Part shown: positions 1 to 12,878 of the stretch, in pieces
How positions within the stretch are numbered: the stretch's first letter is position 1
Layout of the letters: the number at the start of each line of letters is the position of its first letter
NCBI GenBank assembly: GCA_009103225.1
Contig: RHPI01000026.1
Span: forward strand, 553,210 to 617,209
Length of the DNA: 64,000 nt
Reading direction: 5' to 3'
From: Chlorokybus atmophyticus
Taxonomy: Eukaryota > Plantae > Mesostigma and Chlorokybus algae
Notes under the pieces: generated by a model
What the model was told of the DNA's origin: nothing
Databases searched by the model: none
The model's input: only the letters and a program-made list of their open reading frames with translations
Made by a program: the position numbers and the translations under genes

Positions 1-506
1 TTAATAAAAACGGTTCTTTTGCAATGCTAATAGACGTGTGTATGTAGTCATAACAATGGTTGCATGCTATGTGCAAGCCTGCTACTTTCTGACTTTAAAG
101 TTATCAATCATATGTGAGGCGGGGCCCGATGACAAACACATGCATGTGGGGAAGTTGTAAGATAGATTCGATTCTCAAAAAAGGGATGTGTGTGCAATCT
201 ATGCATGACGGCAGTTTATATGTTATGCAGCACCTTTACCATACAACGTGCTTTACATGTAGGTTGTTTACATTGTACATGTAGACAACCAATCAAAGCA
301 ATGCTAACCTGAGACCGCATATAACTTAATGCATATATGTCTATGTTTATGTACACGTACGTGTACATAGACATATACATATACCTTGGCATTAACGTCT
401 TCACCTCTATCGGCTGCGTTGTGCGGCATGCTATGTACATGTTGAAGTATATATCGTATATGGTAAAATATAGGGCTTAAAATACAATAAAGCCCCCCCC
501 CCCCCC

Positions 507-776
507 NNNNNNNNNNNNNNNNNNNNNNNNNNNNNNNNNNNNNNNNNNNNNNNNNNNNNNNNNNNNNNNNNNNNNNNNNNNNNNNNNNNNNNNNNNNNNN
601 NNNNNNNNNNNNNNNNNNNNNNNNNNNNNNNNNNNNNNNNNNNNNNNNNNNNNNNNNNNNNNNNNNNNNNNNNNNNNNNNNNNNNNNNNNNNNNNNNNNN
701 NNNNNNNNNNNNNNNNNNNNNNNNNNNNNNNNNNNNNNNNNNNNNNNNNNNNNNNNNNNNNNNNNNNNNNNNNNNN
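507..776. other. Assembly gap (N run) flanked by a poly-C tract
   Basis: N run 507-776 directly after a C homopolymer (493-506). Confidence 0.99.
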
Positions 777-1493
777 CCCAAAAAAAAACCTTTGTGCAGG
801 TAGTTCGGCAGATCGACGCTAATTGCCACTGCGTGCTTGCATGCACATAGATCCAGCCCTCATAGTGTAGCTGGCTGCATGCTGCTTGTTGTGGTGTGAT
901 TATATTTGCTTTATTATTGTTGCCTTGCTGCTTGTTTACACCATTGCTTGCGGCCCCTTTGCTGTGACCCTATGATACCAACACGATGTGCTCATCAAAC
1001 GGCCAGCAACATGTGTATTACTCAACTTCAAGCCAGTCCAAGCCTAACCATGTGCCAGAGACCGCTGTGAGTGGAACCTACGCCAGATTTATGCAGCACG
1101 GAGCTTGCCACCTGACACAAGCGTGGCTCGGGTGCGGTACCAGCCATGTTTGTGTCAGAGATGCCACATCAAGTAAATCAACACGCGCAGGCAATATTTT
1201 CCTGTGGAATCAGCCAGCGGCGTCGCAAGGCACTAGGTCTACGACGTCGTCCTGACGCCTGCTATTGCTAGTGCCAGTGGCACCAGCTTTTATTGAAGTG
1301 GCACCAGAATTGCTGCATGCTATTGATGGCAAGCATCAGCAGCTGTATGCTGTGAAGCAGCATGCTTCACAGCATACAGCTGCTGATGCTTGTTCTTTGT
1401 GCTGATGCTGATGAGAGGCGTATGGTATTAGCCACTTACACCTACTGCGCTTCCAAGTGCAATTGGCGTTGAGGGCGTATGCAGGAGTGCTCT

Positions 1494-1496
<3 letters not shown>

Positions 1497-1523
<27 letters not shown>
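1497..1523 (+). repeat. (GGC)9 microsatellite upstream of SUT copy A
   Basis: Nine consecutive GGC units; a degenerate counterpart lies upstream of copy B near 31165-31185. Confidence 0.9.
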
Positions 1524-1524
<1 letters not shown>

Positions 1525-1762
1525 TGTCCCGCTCTTTGTTGTCGTCGTTGTCGTTGTTGCTGCTGGGAGAGTGTATACTTGCATGTCGTCGTCCTGACGG
1601 CTCTTTGCATGTTTTGCGTCTCAGCCGCAGTGCGTAGCAAGCTGGGCATTATGCCGTCGTCTGCGCCGTGCAAGTGCAATTAAGGCATTGACACCTTGCT
1701 TGCTGAGACGGCATGTGGTGAAGCTATACAATAAGAGTAGCAGACCGGTCGAAATGCTGGGA

Positions 1763-4700
1763 ATGTTTGCGAGGAGACGGCCAGATGTACACAGCTTGCA
1801 AGGTGAGAGCTGCTTCGCTCCGTGCTGGTGCTAAGCCGTGAAGGTGTTGCATGAAAAGTGCTGAGCTCGTCCGGCTTACGTATGGTTTACCAAAGCGCTC
1901 CTCAGCTTGTACAGCTGTTGAGCATGCACCGTTTGCACTTTTGCAACTTTGGCTCAAGTATTGGTATCGGCTATAGTGAGTAGCATGTCGATGTTATTCC
2001 ATTCGTCTTGACAACAGTTGTTTTCGGCACACGTTTTGCCGCAATATATGCTTGTATTACCATAATTTGAGTAGGTCTGCTCTGGCGGTTGTGCTTGCTG
2101 CGGTGCATGCAAGTTTTGTGCGGCTAGTTGACATGACACAAAGCCTTGTTGCCAGCACATGTTGATGGTGCTAATGGCTGCAAATTTTACCAGCTGGGTT
2201 GTGTGGTAAAGGCAGCATGCAAACCTCTATGGTACACGCGTTTTGCAACAGCGGTTTGCAGTGGCGCACTGGTTGTGTTATGGGCTTCGCCAAGTATACC
2301 GTTCCTGTTCAGGTGCTGACAAGGGGCAGTATGAACGGGTTAGCACATCAACAACTAGCTTCAATGTGGGGAGTTCCGGCAGCAAAGCGGGTGCTTCACT
2401 ACTCACTTTGGCAGCCGCTACCATGGTGGTAGCTGGTGTGCAGTTTGGGTGGGCATTGCAGCTGTCACTTCTCACCCCTTATGTACAGGTTTGTTTGGTG
2501 TGCAGTGCACATACAGCTTTGCTTGACACATGACATGCCGCATGCATGCATTGCGGACTGGTGCCTTGCAGACACTGTGGCTTGCACCCCCGCATGCATG
2601 CGTGAGGGTGTGCAAGTCATGGTGTCTGCACAACCGTTGCATCCGCAACTCCCTGAAGACAGTTGGCAGGAACTGGGCATTCCTCACAAATGGACGTCTT
2701 TCATATGGCTTTGTGGACCAATGACGGGAATTGTGGTGAGCTGATGCCTCAGTGGGGATAAGCAGCTTGTACAGGCCCCAGCTCTCGTCGTAACAGTAAC
2801 TATGCCTTTCTGCTGTGTCCCACCATTGCGTGCCTTTGCAGGTTCAACCGTATGTCGGCGTTTGGAGCGATAGCAGCCGACACAGGTGGGGACGACGGAG
2901 ACCATTCATCCTGTCAGGGGCAGTCATGGTCCTGTCAGCGGTAAGTGATTGAATCAGTCCATCTATATATCACTTGTCATGACAATCAATTGTCATTATT
3001 GCCTGGTTGGGATAACAACGCATGCAGTAGTTATAGCGCTTAACATGTGTACTATGTTGTATGGCTTTACAGCAAATGTCGTCAAACAACTCAATATGTC
3101 ATTTCTGCAGGTGCTGCTCATAGCCTATTCTGCTGATATTGGCTATGCTCTAGGCGATGATGTCGACCAAAAGTAAGACTATATGCAGAGCTCGATTTGC
3201 CGCTTGTTGGTAGTCAATGCAACGTTGATCATGCAGCCGGCGGCCATGGGCGATATTGCTGTTCATTCTTGGGTTTTGGTTGCTGGACGTGGCCAACAAC
3301 ACAATACAGGTATTCATAAGGGTGCCTAGCATGTTTGTGCCCGCTACTAGGGCATGTTTTGCCTAGATTAGCACGGCTTTGACAGTGCCTATGCTGGTCA
3401 GGGGCCAAGCCGAGCCCTGATTGCAGACCTCTCAGGTCTGAGTGGTTTATTCCCTGGCCTGACAGCTTCGCACACACGGAAACTTTGTGCTGCTGTGAGC
3501 AAGCAAAATGCATGCATTCTAGCTCAGGTTGTTGACAAGTTGTGTCTCACAGGCGATGAGGGACAGGAGCTGGGCAATGCTTTGTACAGTGCATGGATGG
3601 GGCTTGGTAACATTCTGGGGTACTCTGCCGGCGCTACTTCACGCTGGCACGAATGGTTCCCAAGGTTGCAAACTGCCTCATGTACTGTCGCTTGTGCAGA
3701 TCTCAAAGGCGCCTTCATAGCTGCCACAGTGCGTAAGCTTGATGGCCAGCTGGCATTGCCAGTGTCTGTTCAACTGCTTCTGCTCTCAATCTGCTTTGTA
3801 CTGTGCTTGTCATCACTTCGCATGCTTGGCAGGTATTTCTGGCTGTTTCTACGGGAGTGTCAATATGCAGCGCCAATGAAACACCGCTGCCAGAGCTGTT
3901 AGCTCATAAAAGCGAGGAAGAAGCGGATGAAGAGGCGGAGTTGAGGGCGTCTGAGCTCCCAGCCCTTTTCGTTCGCGGAGGCACCATACAAGAGCGCTTC
4001 AATAGAATGTTGAAGAGGATGAACTTATCACCAGCCATGCGCGCTTGCCTTATCGTGCAGGTAATGCATGTGCTGCAACACGACATGGGATCGTGGTGCA
4101 GTGCCTTGTTGATTCAAACGTTAACCCTGTTCTTCGCACAGGGGCTGACATGGTTTGGTTGGTTTCCATTCTTGCTATTCGACACCGACTGGATGGGTCG
4201 ACATGTATTTGGCGGACAGCCAGCAAGCGACTCGCATGATGGCCCTGCTCAGGCTGCACGACGAGCTGCCGCTTACCGCGCCGGTGTGCATGCGGGCTCC
4301 CTCGGCCTGCTGCTGAACTCGGTAAGCCAGTGGATTTCAGTCAGTCTGTATGAAGCAGTCATGGTTTGCGTGCGGACTGCAGTAGCTCCGCTTGCAACGA
4401 TATGATTGGCGTTGAGCAACCGTGTGTGAAGTGGTCAGCATATGTACCACATGACAGCAAGGTTCCAACGATGCCAGAGGAAAACATGGCAATTGTCAGG
4501 CAACATGTTTTGCACTTTGTGTCGTGTAGGTATTGTGTGTGGCTTGACATTAAGTGCAGGTTGCAGCTTTGGTGTTCTCGCTGTTTCTTAAGCCTATCTG
4601 CGCTCGTTTTGGGAACCGTTTGGTGTGGGCATTCGGGAACTTGTTGTATGGCGTCCTTCTGGCTTGCACATTGCTCGTAGCGCAAAGAGACGGTTCTCCT

Positions 4701-5465
4701 GCCTCCGCGCTGGCCAAAGTGCTCGCTGTAACTATCTTTGCATTCCTCGGGATATCATGGGCGGTATGTTGCGTCCATCGCTTGGCCTGTTGTCACCCAT
4801 CTCACATGTGCTGTTACTGCAGACTAATAAGGTGCTGTTGACTCAGATTACGATGGTAGTGCCTTACGCACTGACTGCTGAGTACACGGCAGAATCTGGT
4901 GGCGGACAAGGTATGTAAAAATTCAGGCATGTCTGCACTATGTGACAGCAGCTTCGTGTTGTGGCAATCCAATGACCACTTCTGAGCTGCATCGGAGGCA
5001 ACTCCCTCTTAGATTCATACCGTCCAACTCTGTAATCGGAGGCAACTCCTTTGCAGGTTTGGCCATGGGCGTGCTCAACTTGGCCATCGTCTTCCCGCAA
5101 GTGAGTGCTGAACGCTGCATGCACACTTAAGGATGTTGCTTTAATTGAGTTTCGCTCGCATGGGTGTGCTCACTCCAATGGACTCTTTCTGTGTTCAGGT
5201 GCTAGTATCAATGTATGCCGGCCCGATGGACTCCCTTTTTGGTGGCGCTAACGAGCCGAGCTTCGTTCTGGCTTCGCTCTGGGGTTTTGCTGCTGCAGCA
5301 GCAGCAGCATACTTGTTACCGAGCCCAAAACAAGGCTCGCTGAAACAAGTGGACGGCTTAACCATTTCCAACCATAGACGGACGAATACCACACAATACA
5401 GTCACAATAACAGCTACATTCAAGTGCATAGCGCCCACGTGGTGCACGTGCAGAAAGTGCAATAA
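1763..5465 (+). CDS. SUT: Sucrose/H+ symporter (SUT/SUC, GPH family of MFS), copy A, 14 exons
   Basis: Spliced by eye with consistent phases, e.g. exon 1 1763-1802 ([14 protein letters not shown]; alternative ATG 1754) joins exon 2 at 2313. Family motifs: [83 protein letters not shown]. Stop at 5465. Confidence 0.93.
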
Positions 5466-7500
5466 TCGTAAGTGATAACTTGCTCACAATGCGCAACAAG
5501 ACGCACATGTCCAGGTGACTGTAATTGCCATGCTTGTATGACCAACAGGAGCGCAGTAGTGGTACCCTGCCATTACGCGTAGTGGCAGGGTTAGAGGTAG
5601 TAAATAGATAGCACTACAGTACAGAATTATAGTACAGGCGATTAAGATGATTAAGTTGATGAGTGGTTGTGAGACTGCACGTTCACATAGAATCAAATAA
5701 GCGTAATGCCCTTTGCATCTCTTGTACACATAAATATGATATTATGCACATGCCCATTAGGGTACAACCCATATGCAATTACAAGCACATGCATGCCACA
5801 ATCCTCGCATATTATATGTTGTATGGCGATGTTGAACATTGCATAAATTGTAAACAATGCACAACCAGTATATGCATGTGCATGTGGTATATAACAACGG
5901 GCTAGTGCCCTTACAGTTGTTGCGTTTGCGCACTGTATTGTGTTATTTAAATATTAAAGAAGGCAACATGTAAGCACGTGGATATCAAATGAACCTCTAT
6001 TACAGCTTGCGGGCATTGCAATGCTTGACGCGCAAGTGGCCAACCAAGCATGAATGCAACTGACGGCGTTTGATCACGAGAACCATTGCCAATAGCATCA
6101 ATGCCATCGTCGTCGTCGCGATAATGTGTTTATAGTCATAACGCATGCAAGAGAGAGAGCAAGTGGTTAGCTCTTTATCCTGCGCCCTTTCTTGCCCCGT
6201 TATCGCCCTCAGGGCGTAGCAGAAAAGATGCTAATGAAATAACCTTGCGAAAATACATCGCATTTTTCCTTACGTGCACAAAGATTACGTGCAATTGCAT
6301 TGCATATCCCGTCACGCCATGCATAATGGATGCCACAATCATACACGTGACGCATGATGACTACCGGCAGTGCTAAGACTATTCCATACAAGCAAATATA
6401 AGTTCAAGCAATTGAATGCGGACATCGCAACTTCAATAGCAATGCACCGCTTTTGCATTCGCTTGCATGTCGGCCTCATAAATCTATATACAAGCCTCAT
6501 GACATCTTGAAGGAATCGATAACAAGTTAACTTTGATGTTTAGCAGTTGTGAGAAAATTTGGTATTTGACATAAACTGCATTGCTATTGTTATGGAGGCC
6601 GGATATATAGGCTTTTCGGTAGTACGAATACAATTAAGCCAGGGTGCACAAGCAACTTTAAGGACTTTGTATTGAGTTAATGCTGATGTTTATGAATTGC
6701 GAGGAAATTCGGTTATTGACATAAACAGCGTTGCTACCGTTACAGGGGCCGGGTACATAGATTTTCCGGGTGGTACAGATGCAGTTATGCCAAAGTGCAT
6801 AAGCACAGGCAACTTGAAAGACTTGGTAACGCGTATATTCCGATTAACCTTCCGGTGGTTCAGATGTAGTCATGCCAGAGTGCACAAGCTCAAGCTCAAG
6901 CACACGCAAAGAAACAGCAAACCGAAACAGTGGCAAGGGCAAATTATCAAGGCGATGGTGTGGGCATGCTTTGTTATGTGCTCATAGCTAAATGCACGAG
7001 CGGGGTGGTTGGGGCGTCGGGCAGCAACAACAAGCAGGACAGACCTGAGCAACATGTGGTTATACATGTTTCATCACACGGCATGCGCCAGTCGATCTTG
7101 CCCTAATGTCACATTGTATGTTGGCAACGTAAACGACAAAAAAGCTGAGGCAAGTGCAAGTGCATCATGACTCAAAATCACATCCGTTAAGTAACTTAGC
7201 GAGGTGGTCCGAACACCGTTTCTCCAAGAGCATGCGAGCGCTTTCCGAACGTGGCTCTTACAGCGAGGGCAGACTGTATTGTTGTCCGCGGCGCGGCTAG
7301 AGGTTTCTTCGCGCAAGCTGACTTGGCTCAGCTGAGCAAGCAGCTGCCGTCCAGTCCCAAGCTAGTGTCACTTGCCGTGGCCTAAGGCGGCGGCGGAGGT
7401 GGAGCAGGCGGCGGCGGTGGAGGAAGGGGCAGGAGAAGAAGGAGGTGGTGGAGGGGAACGTGGAGGAATACGCAAGGGGAGGCAGGCTAGCGCGCCAGCA

Positions 7501-10500
7501 ATGGTTGCGCTAAAGCTTCTGCTGCAGCTGGTCGCCATGGTGCTGCTGGCGGGCATGGCGGGAGCGCAGACAAGCGCACTGGAGAGTGCTCTGGACGTCC
7601 ATGAGAACGTGCTATTGGCGCTCCGCAATGCTACCCTTGAAGCTTACCGTAACCGGCAAGGTATGGACGTCACTTCATCAGGCTGTTTGGTTTCTGCTCT
7701 GCCATGCTTGGTCAAGCAAGTGCAATGCGTAGATTGCAATGTGGGGCTTCTGTTTTATATGCTCGTGCCAACGCCACTGCCGTTGGTCTACTGTTATGCT
7801 TAACACGGTGTTGGAACGTCGCGCACGCATGACAGTCAGTGTCGCCTGCAGCCTGCAGCACTGCTTGTGTAATGCTCTCTGCTGCTGCATTGCTGTGTCC
7901 ATGCTGTCTCCAGCTGCAATGTGCTAGGGCTTAGCCTTGCACTTCTGGTGATATCAGAGTCAGAGAAGCATTCTCTGACCAAGTGCGCATGATGCTTGCT
8001 TTATGCTGGAAGCTCAACATTCACTTGATCAAGCTGAGTGAAAGTTAATGCCACTGCGCCTAAAATTTTTTGTAACCAGTGTATAAGCTGGAGCAAGCAA
8101 AGAGTGCACATCCAGCATCTGTTTGCATACATGCAACTCATTACCTTCAGCTGGCAGCTACCACCAGAGAAACGTGGATACTTATGTTATTCTTGGTTGG
8201 CAGCTTCGACAGCAAGCTGCCAGGCCAATTCCCCCTTAGCATTCTCCTCAAACTCTTCCTTCTTCTTGCCGCTGGCATGCGACGTTGCGAACATCAACAG
8301 CAACTCCGTGGTCTGCACCGACGTCTCCGGCAGCTCATGCACCAGCACAAGTAACCCCCAGTGCAGCACTAAAGAAATGGTCAACACGCAAAGATCCTAT
8401 GCCAGGTTCGATGTGACAATGACACCGTCGTAACCACCGTTGTTTGTAAGTTTTTTCTGTCCCTAACCGATGCTGTTGTTGTCATCATCACATAGGATTC
8501 CGGCAGGCCAGTTGCAGGATCAGACGAGCGCAGTTCAGGTGTTGTGCATGAGATTTTTTGCAACATAGCAAGCACGTGTTCCTTGCCAACAGCACAAGTT
8601 CACAACGATCCGTATGTTTAAATGTAAGCTTAAGTTCAATATATCAGGGGGCGCTGTGCTGGTTGGGTGCGGGCTTGGACAGCGCACTTAGGAGCGAGTT
8701 CAATAATGGCAACATCGCCTTTTTGCTGTACTTTGGATCCGCCACGGGCGCTTTTATCTCCTTCCCGGGACGGGTATGGACCTCCCCATACCTGACTTAC
8801 CTTGAGCTTGATTGATGACGGTTGTAACGGTGTTGGTCATGCTTGTTGCAGCAAAACAACTTGTGTGCTTGCGGGACGACGGATCCAGCATGTCTCAACT
8901 ACGACCCCCGCCAGCGCTATTGGTATGCTCAGTCATAATAACGAGTGTTATGATCCACTGCTGCTTGCAGCAACCATGCATCAACCCCTCAATCATGCAC
9001 CACACATACAGGTATCCTGGCGCGAGCTCCATTGCAAAGGACCTGGTGGTTGTCCTGGACATGGACGGGCAGATGGGCAGCGACTTCAGCCAAACCTTGC
9101 GCAATGTCACAAAACTTGATGTACGTACTGATCATTGATGGTGACGGCAAGCACAACATGGTCACGTCATGAACGCTTGTTCATCACCCACTCATCACCA
9201 GGTGGCCAAAAGCGTCATAGAGAACCTGCTCCCGACGCTCTATCAAGGGCGAGATCGGATGGCAGTGGTGATATCCACGGCAGATGGCGATGGGGCCCAA
9301 ACACTGCCAGACAGCAACTCTGACCTGATAACGGTAAATCCATTGCAAATGACTAGATTGATTTGTATATTCTGTTTGTCCTGTGTGACAAATCTTCAAT
9401 CATGCACTCGCGCTGCAGGCCACAGATTATCCAACATCGAGCTTCGCAAGTCTGCAGCAAGCAGTGGCAAGTTTGAGTGTCACAGACCAGAAAGCAAATA
9501 TAACTGCTGCCATACTTGAAGCGCTTGACATCGTCCAGAGCAGTCGGTCGGAAGCGGTCCAGAAGATTGTGCTTGTGTTGGCGGGTGCGGAGACCCAGGA
9601 TGATGCGCTGGCCGCAGTGAATAGCACCTCACTCGCGTTGTCAATTCAGCAGGTATTTTTGTGTAGCAATCGTTACAAAAAAAGCCTGCTATGGGTCCAT
9701 TTTGTATATGCTGCCAGCATAAACACACAAATGAATGCACGCACATACGCACTCATGCTCGCACGCATGCCAGCGGTTGCGCACACGCGCACGAACGCAA
9801 ACAAGTTCTTGCTGATGCTCAGGCTCAGAACGCGGTGAACGCAATAGGAGGAGAAGAGAGCCTTGTCACGGCTATATATGCCATAGGGTCCAGGGAGGAT
9901 CCTGTCGAGAGCTTGATAAAATGTAAGATTGCCCAGTGGTTTGACTCTCAAGCGATGATTGCCCAGTGGTTTGACTCTCAAGTAATGATAGTTGTCGTGT
10001 CTAGGAACATTTGACAATGGCTGTATTCTGTTCTGCGCTGCGCAGCTGTGGCATGCAACACAGGTGGGTTTTACGGCAGCATCACCAGCAGCAACAACCC
10101 CCTTGGCGACATGCGGGTGCGTGTGCGCGTACGCATGCGCATGCATACCACATGCATGTGCTTGTGCCCTTGTACACATCGCCATACGTGACGAGCGCAT
10201 CGTGTCGCACACATGCATGTGGTAAGGTTGGTTGTCCACCAGGAGTACTTCAATTACCTAGGCAATGCCATGGCAAGCGCAACAGGGGCGCAGTGGAGCT
10301 ATGGTGTAGCCTTCACGGCTGTTGGCAGCGAGGACAACGCCACCCTTGCGGCCTCCATGCCAGGTATGTTGCACTGTGTTTTGTGCCTCTCTTTGGCAAA
10401 GACGCACACTGTAACTTTTGGTTGCTGTGGTTTGCAGTGTATGATGACCAGACAGACACTCTCGTTGGCGTTGTGGCCCTCGACCTGCTTTTGGCAGATC

Positions 10501-11234
10501 TCGGCAGAGTAAGCAAGACAGTTTTTTTTTTCTTACAATTTCTTTCTTGCCTCGCCATTGAGGCCACAGTACTTCATCTTCAGACACCTGACCGTTGAGT
10601 CATTCAGACACCAGGCGATCCTGAAGTGGATGACGCAATAAAGACCCGCAACACGGCCCGCGCCACGCAAGCGGCTGCCAACCTGGCTGCGCCCTGCTTG
10701 GGTGAGAGGGTGATGGACTTGACCGACGCATGCGCAGCCTCCCAATGCGATCCCGCATCGCGCCAGCCCAAGTCCTACCCGATCCTCACAGACGCTGCAC
10801 GCGGAGCTCGGGAGCCCGCACCGCAAAATGGCCTTAGCTTTCAGGTTGGTTGCCGTGTGTTGTCTTTGAATTGGTTTGGTATAAACAACGCAAACCAACA
10901 TGTGTCTTGTATGCCAGGACCTGGTCTGCTGTCCCGAGTGTGCTGCCAAAGGCACTCAGGCAGCAGGTGATGGAGGGTTGTCCACTGGCGCGCTGATCGG
11001 TATCATTGCTGGAGGTGCAGTCTTCTGCCTGATCCTCCTCGCTGTCATTGCTGGGCTGCTGTATCGCAGGCAAAGGTGCGTGTCCACGCATGAGTGCGCT
11101 ATGAAGCACATTTGCGCGTGATATTACCTTATGCCAGCATACCAATCTCGTCCTCTCATTGCAGAGCGGTCATCAAGGCGCGCAAGCAGATCGCACCCCC
11201 CAAATTGATGGGCGAAAACATCGCTGACCTGTGA
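7501..11234 (+). CDS. alpha2delta (CACNA2D)/CACHD1-like type I membrane protein: signal peptide, dCache_1 split by a VWA domain, TM helix, short tail
   Basis: Signal peptide MVALKLLLQLVAMVLLAGMAGAQ. Spliced motifs ALCWLGAGLDSALRSEFNNG, LYFGSATGAFISFPG, YDPRQRYW|YPGASSIAKDLVVVLDMDG, VACNTGGFYGSI, EYFNYLGNAM, QWSYG, PVYD..LVGVVALD. These parallel animal alpha2delta-1 [86 protein letters not shown]; last exon 11165-11234. Confidence 0.85.
9927..9986 (+). repeat. 30-bp tandem duplication in an intron
   Basis: gattgcccagtggtttgactctcaagcgat followed by gattgcccagtggtttgactctcaagtaat. Confidence 0.9.
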
Positions 11235-12066
11235 CACATCTGATCTGATCTCTCAGATATATATAAGCGTTCAGACGTGTACGTCGGATGGCGAAGGAAG
11301 CTGGGTCCTGGTCTCCTAAGTGTGTGCGGGACCCTCCACCTAACCAGCTGCGATGCACAGCATCACAACAAGCAGGAGGCACTGCTGCAGACTACCACCG
11401 TCAGAAGGTGTTGTCGGTATTGCTCAGTCCTGCCACTAAATAAGCGTAGAGATATTCTTAACCATAGCGGTTGTGTAGTGACACACTCTGTACATATTAC
11501 CCAGTGCACGGTGAGTATGCGTGCACTGCATGGCATGTGCGCGTGCAAGTACAGGAAGCCACGGTCATGTATCTGCATATGTGTGTGCGTGTTTTGGATG
11601 ATAGCAGAGTGCGTTGCATGAGCAATAGTATGAATGTGCAGATGTGTATGTTTGGTTGGTGCGCAGGCTGCTAAGGGCGTGACACAACGCACACTCCACA
11701 CAGGTAACTTCAGTAAGTGTTTGCCGGGAGTGCGGGGGGTGCTTGAAAGACGAACGAGAGGGTCAGAACTGATTGAGGTCGCGTGCTCTGGTCTCAAAGT
11801 AGTCAATACGATGCATCAATGGCAGGCAGATGATTGCCAAAAGTATCGCGCTTTGCACGCAACAAAATGAAGCATGGTCGAAGATGAACACGACAACCAA
11901 CCCGCAAACAAGCAAACAACTCTGAGGTTCTGGTCTATGGTAAATGCATGCAGCGTCATACTCCTGCAGGTCATGCCAGATCTCTGCCGGCATGACCGTC
12001 ACAGTTGTCAATGCAGTGCTGGTGCGCTTAGGGTGGACTAACCGTGCCCCGGGGGGGGGCGGGGGG

Positions 12067-12123
12067 NNNNNNNNNNNNNNNNNNNNNNNNNNNNNNNNNN
12101 NNNNNNNNNNNNNNNNNNNNNNN
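12067..12123. other. Assembly gap (N run) inside a poly-G tract
   Basis: N run flanked by G-rich runs on both sides. Confidence 0.99.
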
Positions 12124-12878
12124 GAGGGGGGAGGGAGGGGGGGATATCAGCACAGCAATGCACCTGCGTTGCTCCCTTCAAGCCTCTGGACTCACTCGCT
12201 ACTCCTCTACCTCTACACCTTCCACTACTACCTCTACCACCCCGTCAGTCATGCATGCCAGTCAACCAACGCATTCATAAGCGTTACCTGTGCAACACTT
12301 GTTGCAGTCAGTAGGACGTTAATGCGCATGCAGTGGATGACATGCAGTGCGGTGCAGCGCAACCCGCTCTCTCCCTCCCTCTTCCTCAGTGCCCCTCTCT
12401 GTCTCCGCCCCTCCTCTCTCGCTCTCTCCCTCACCGCATCCACCTCCTTCCCCTCTGCCGCCACCCTTACTGCGCAACCCTTGCTTGCAGGGCTGTGCTC
12501 ATCGAGTCCGCTGCACGCACTAACAAACGGTACATACATGCACACGCCACAACAACATTAAAGTCGCCGATACAAATGAGAGTCGTTTATTATCAAGAGG
12601 ACAAGCAGCAGCAGCGCTACTAACCATAGGCTACAGCTTCATACAGCACATCAACACATAGCACCAACTACCAAGCCCCTACTAAGGTGGCTTACCAATA
12701 TCCCTTGCTACTCAGCAGTATGCAACAGTGGATGGCTGCTGTCAGCTCCCCTGTTGTCTAACGCAAGGCCATGCACATGAGGTTCAACTAGTACCCTCTG
12801 TGCCTTTTATTGTTGGATTCCTTAATTTGGCAGCTGTACCTGCCTTCAACTCCCCTGTTGTCTAATGAAAAGGTGTAT

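Noticed and set aside
5500-7300. Short ORFs in the AT-richer intergenic region (also 61000-63290)
   Set aside because: No motifs, coherent splice pattern or coding bias seen.
7372-7500. N-terminal extension of the alpha2delta-like protein from a GTG start
   Set aside because: GA-rich 5' UTR-like sequence; the ATG at 7501 directly precedes a clear signal peptide.
12746-12865. 16-bp direct repeat ctcccctgttgtctaa in the ARM gene 3' region
   Set aside because: Two copies only; no TIR or TSD context to support an element.
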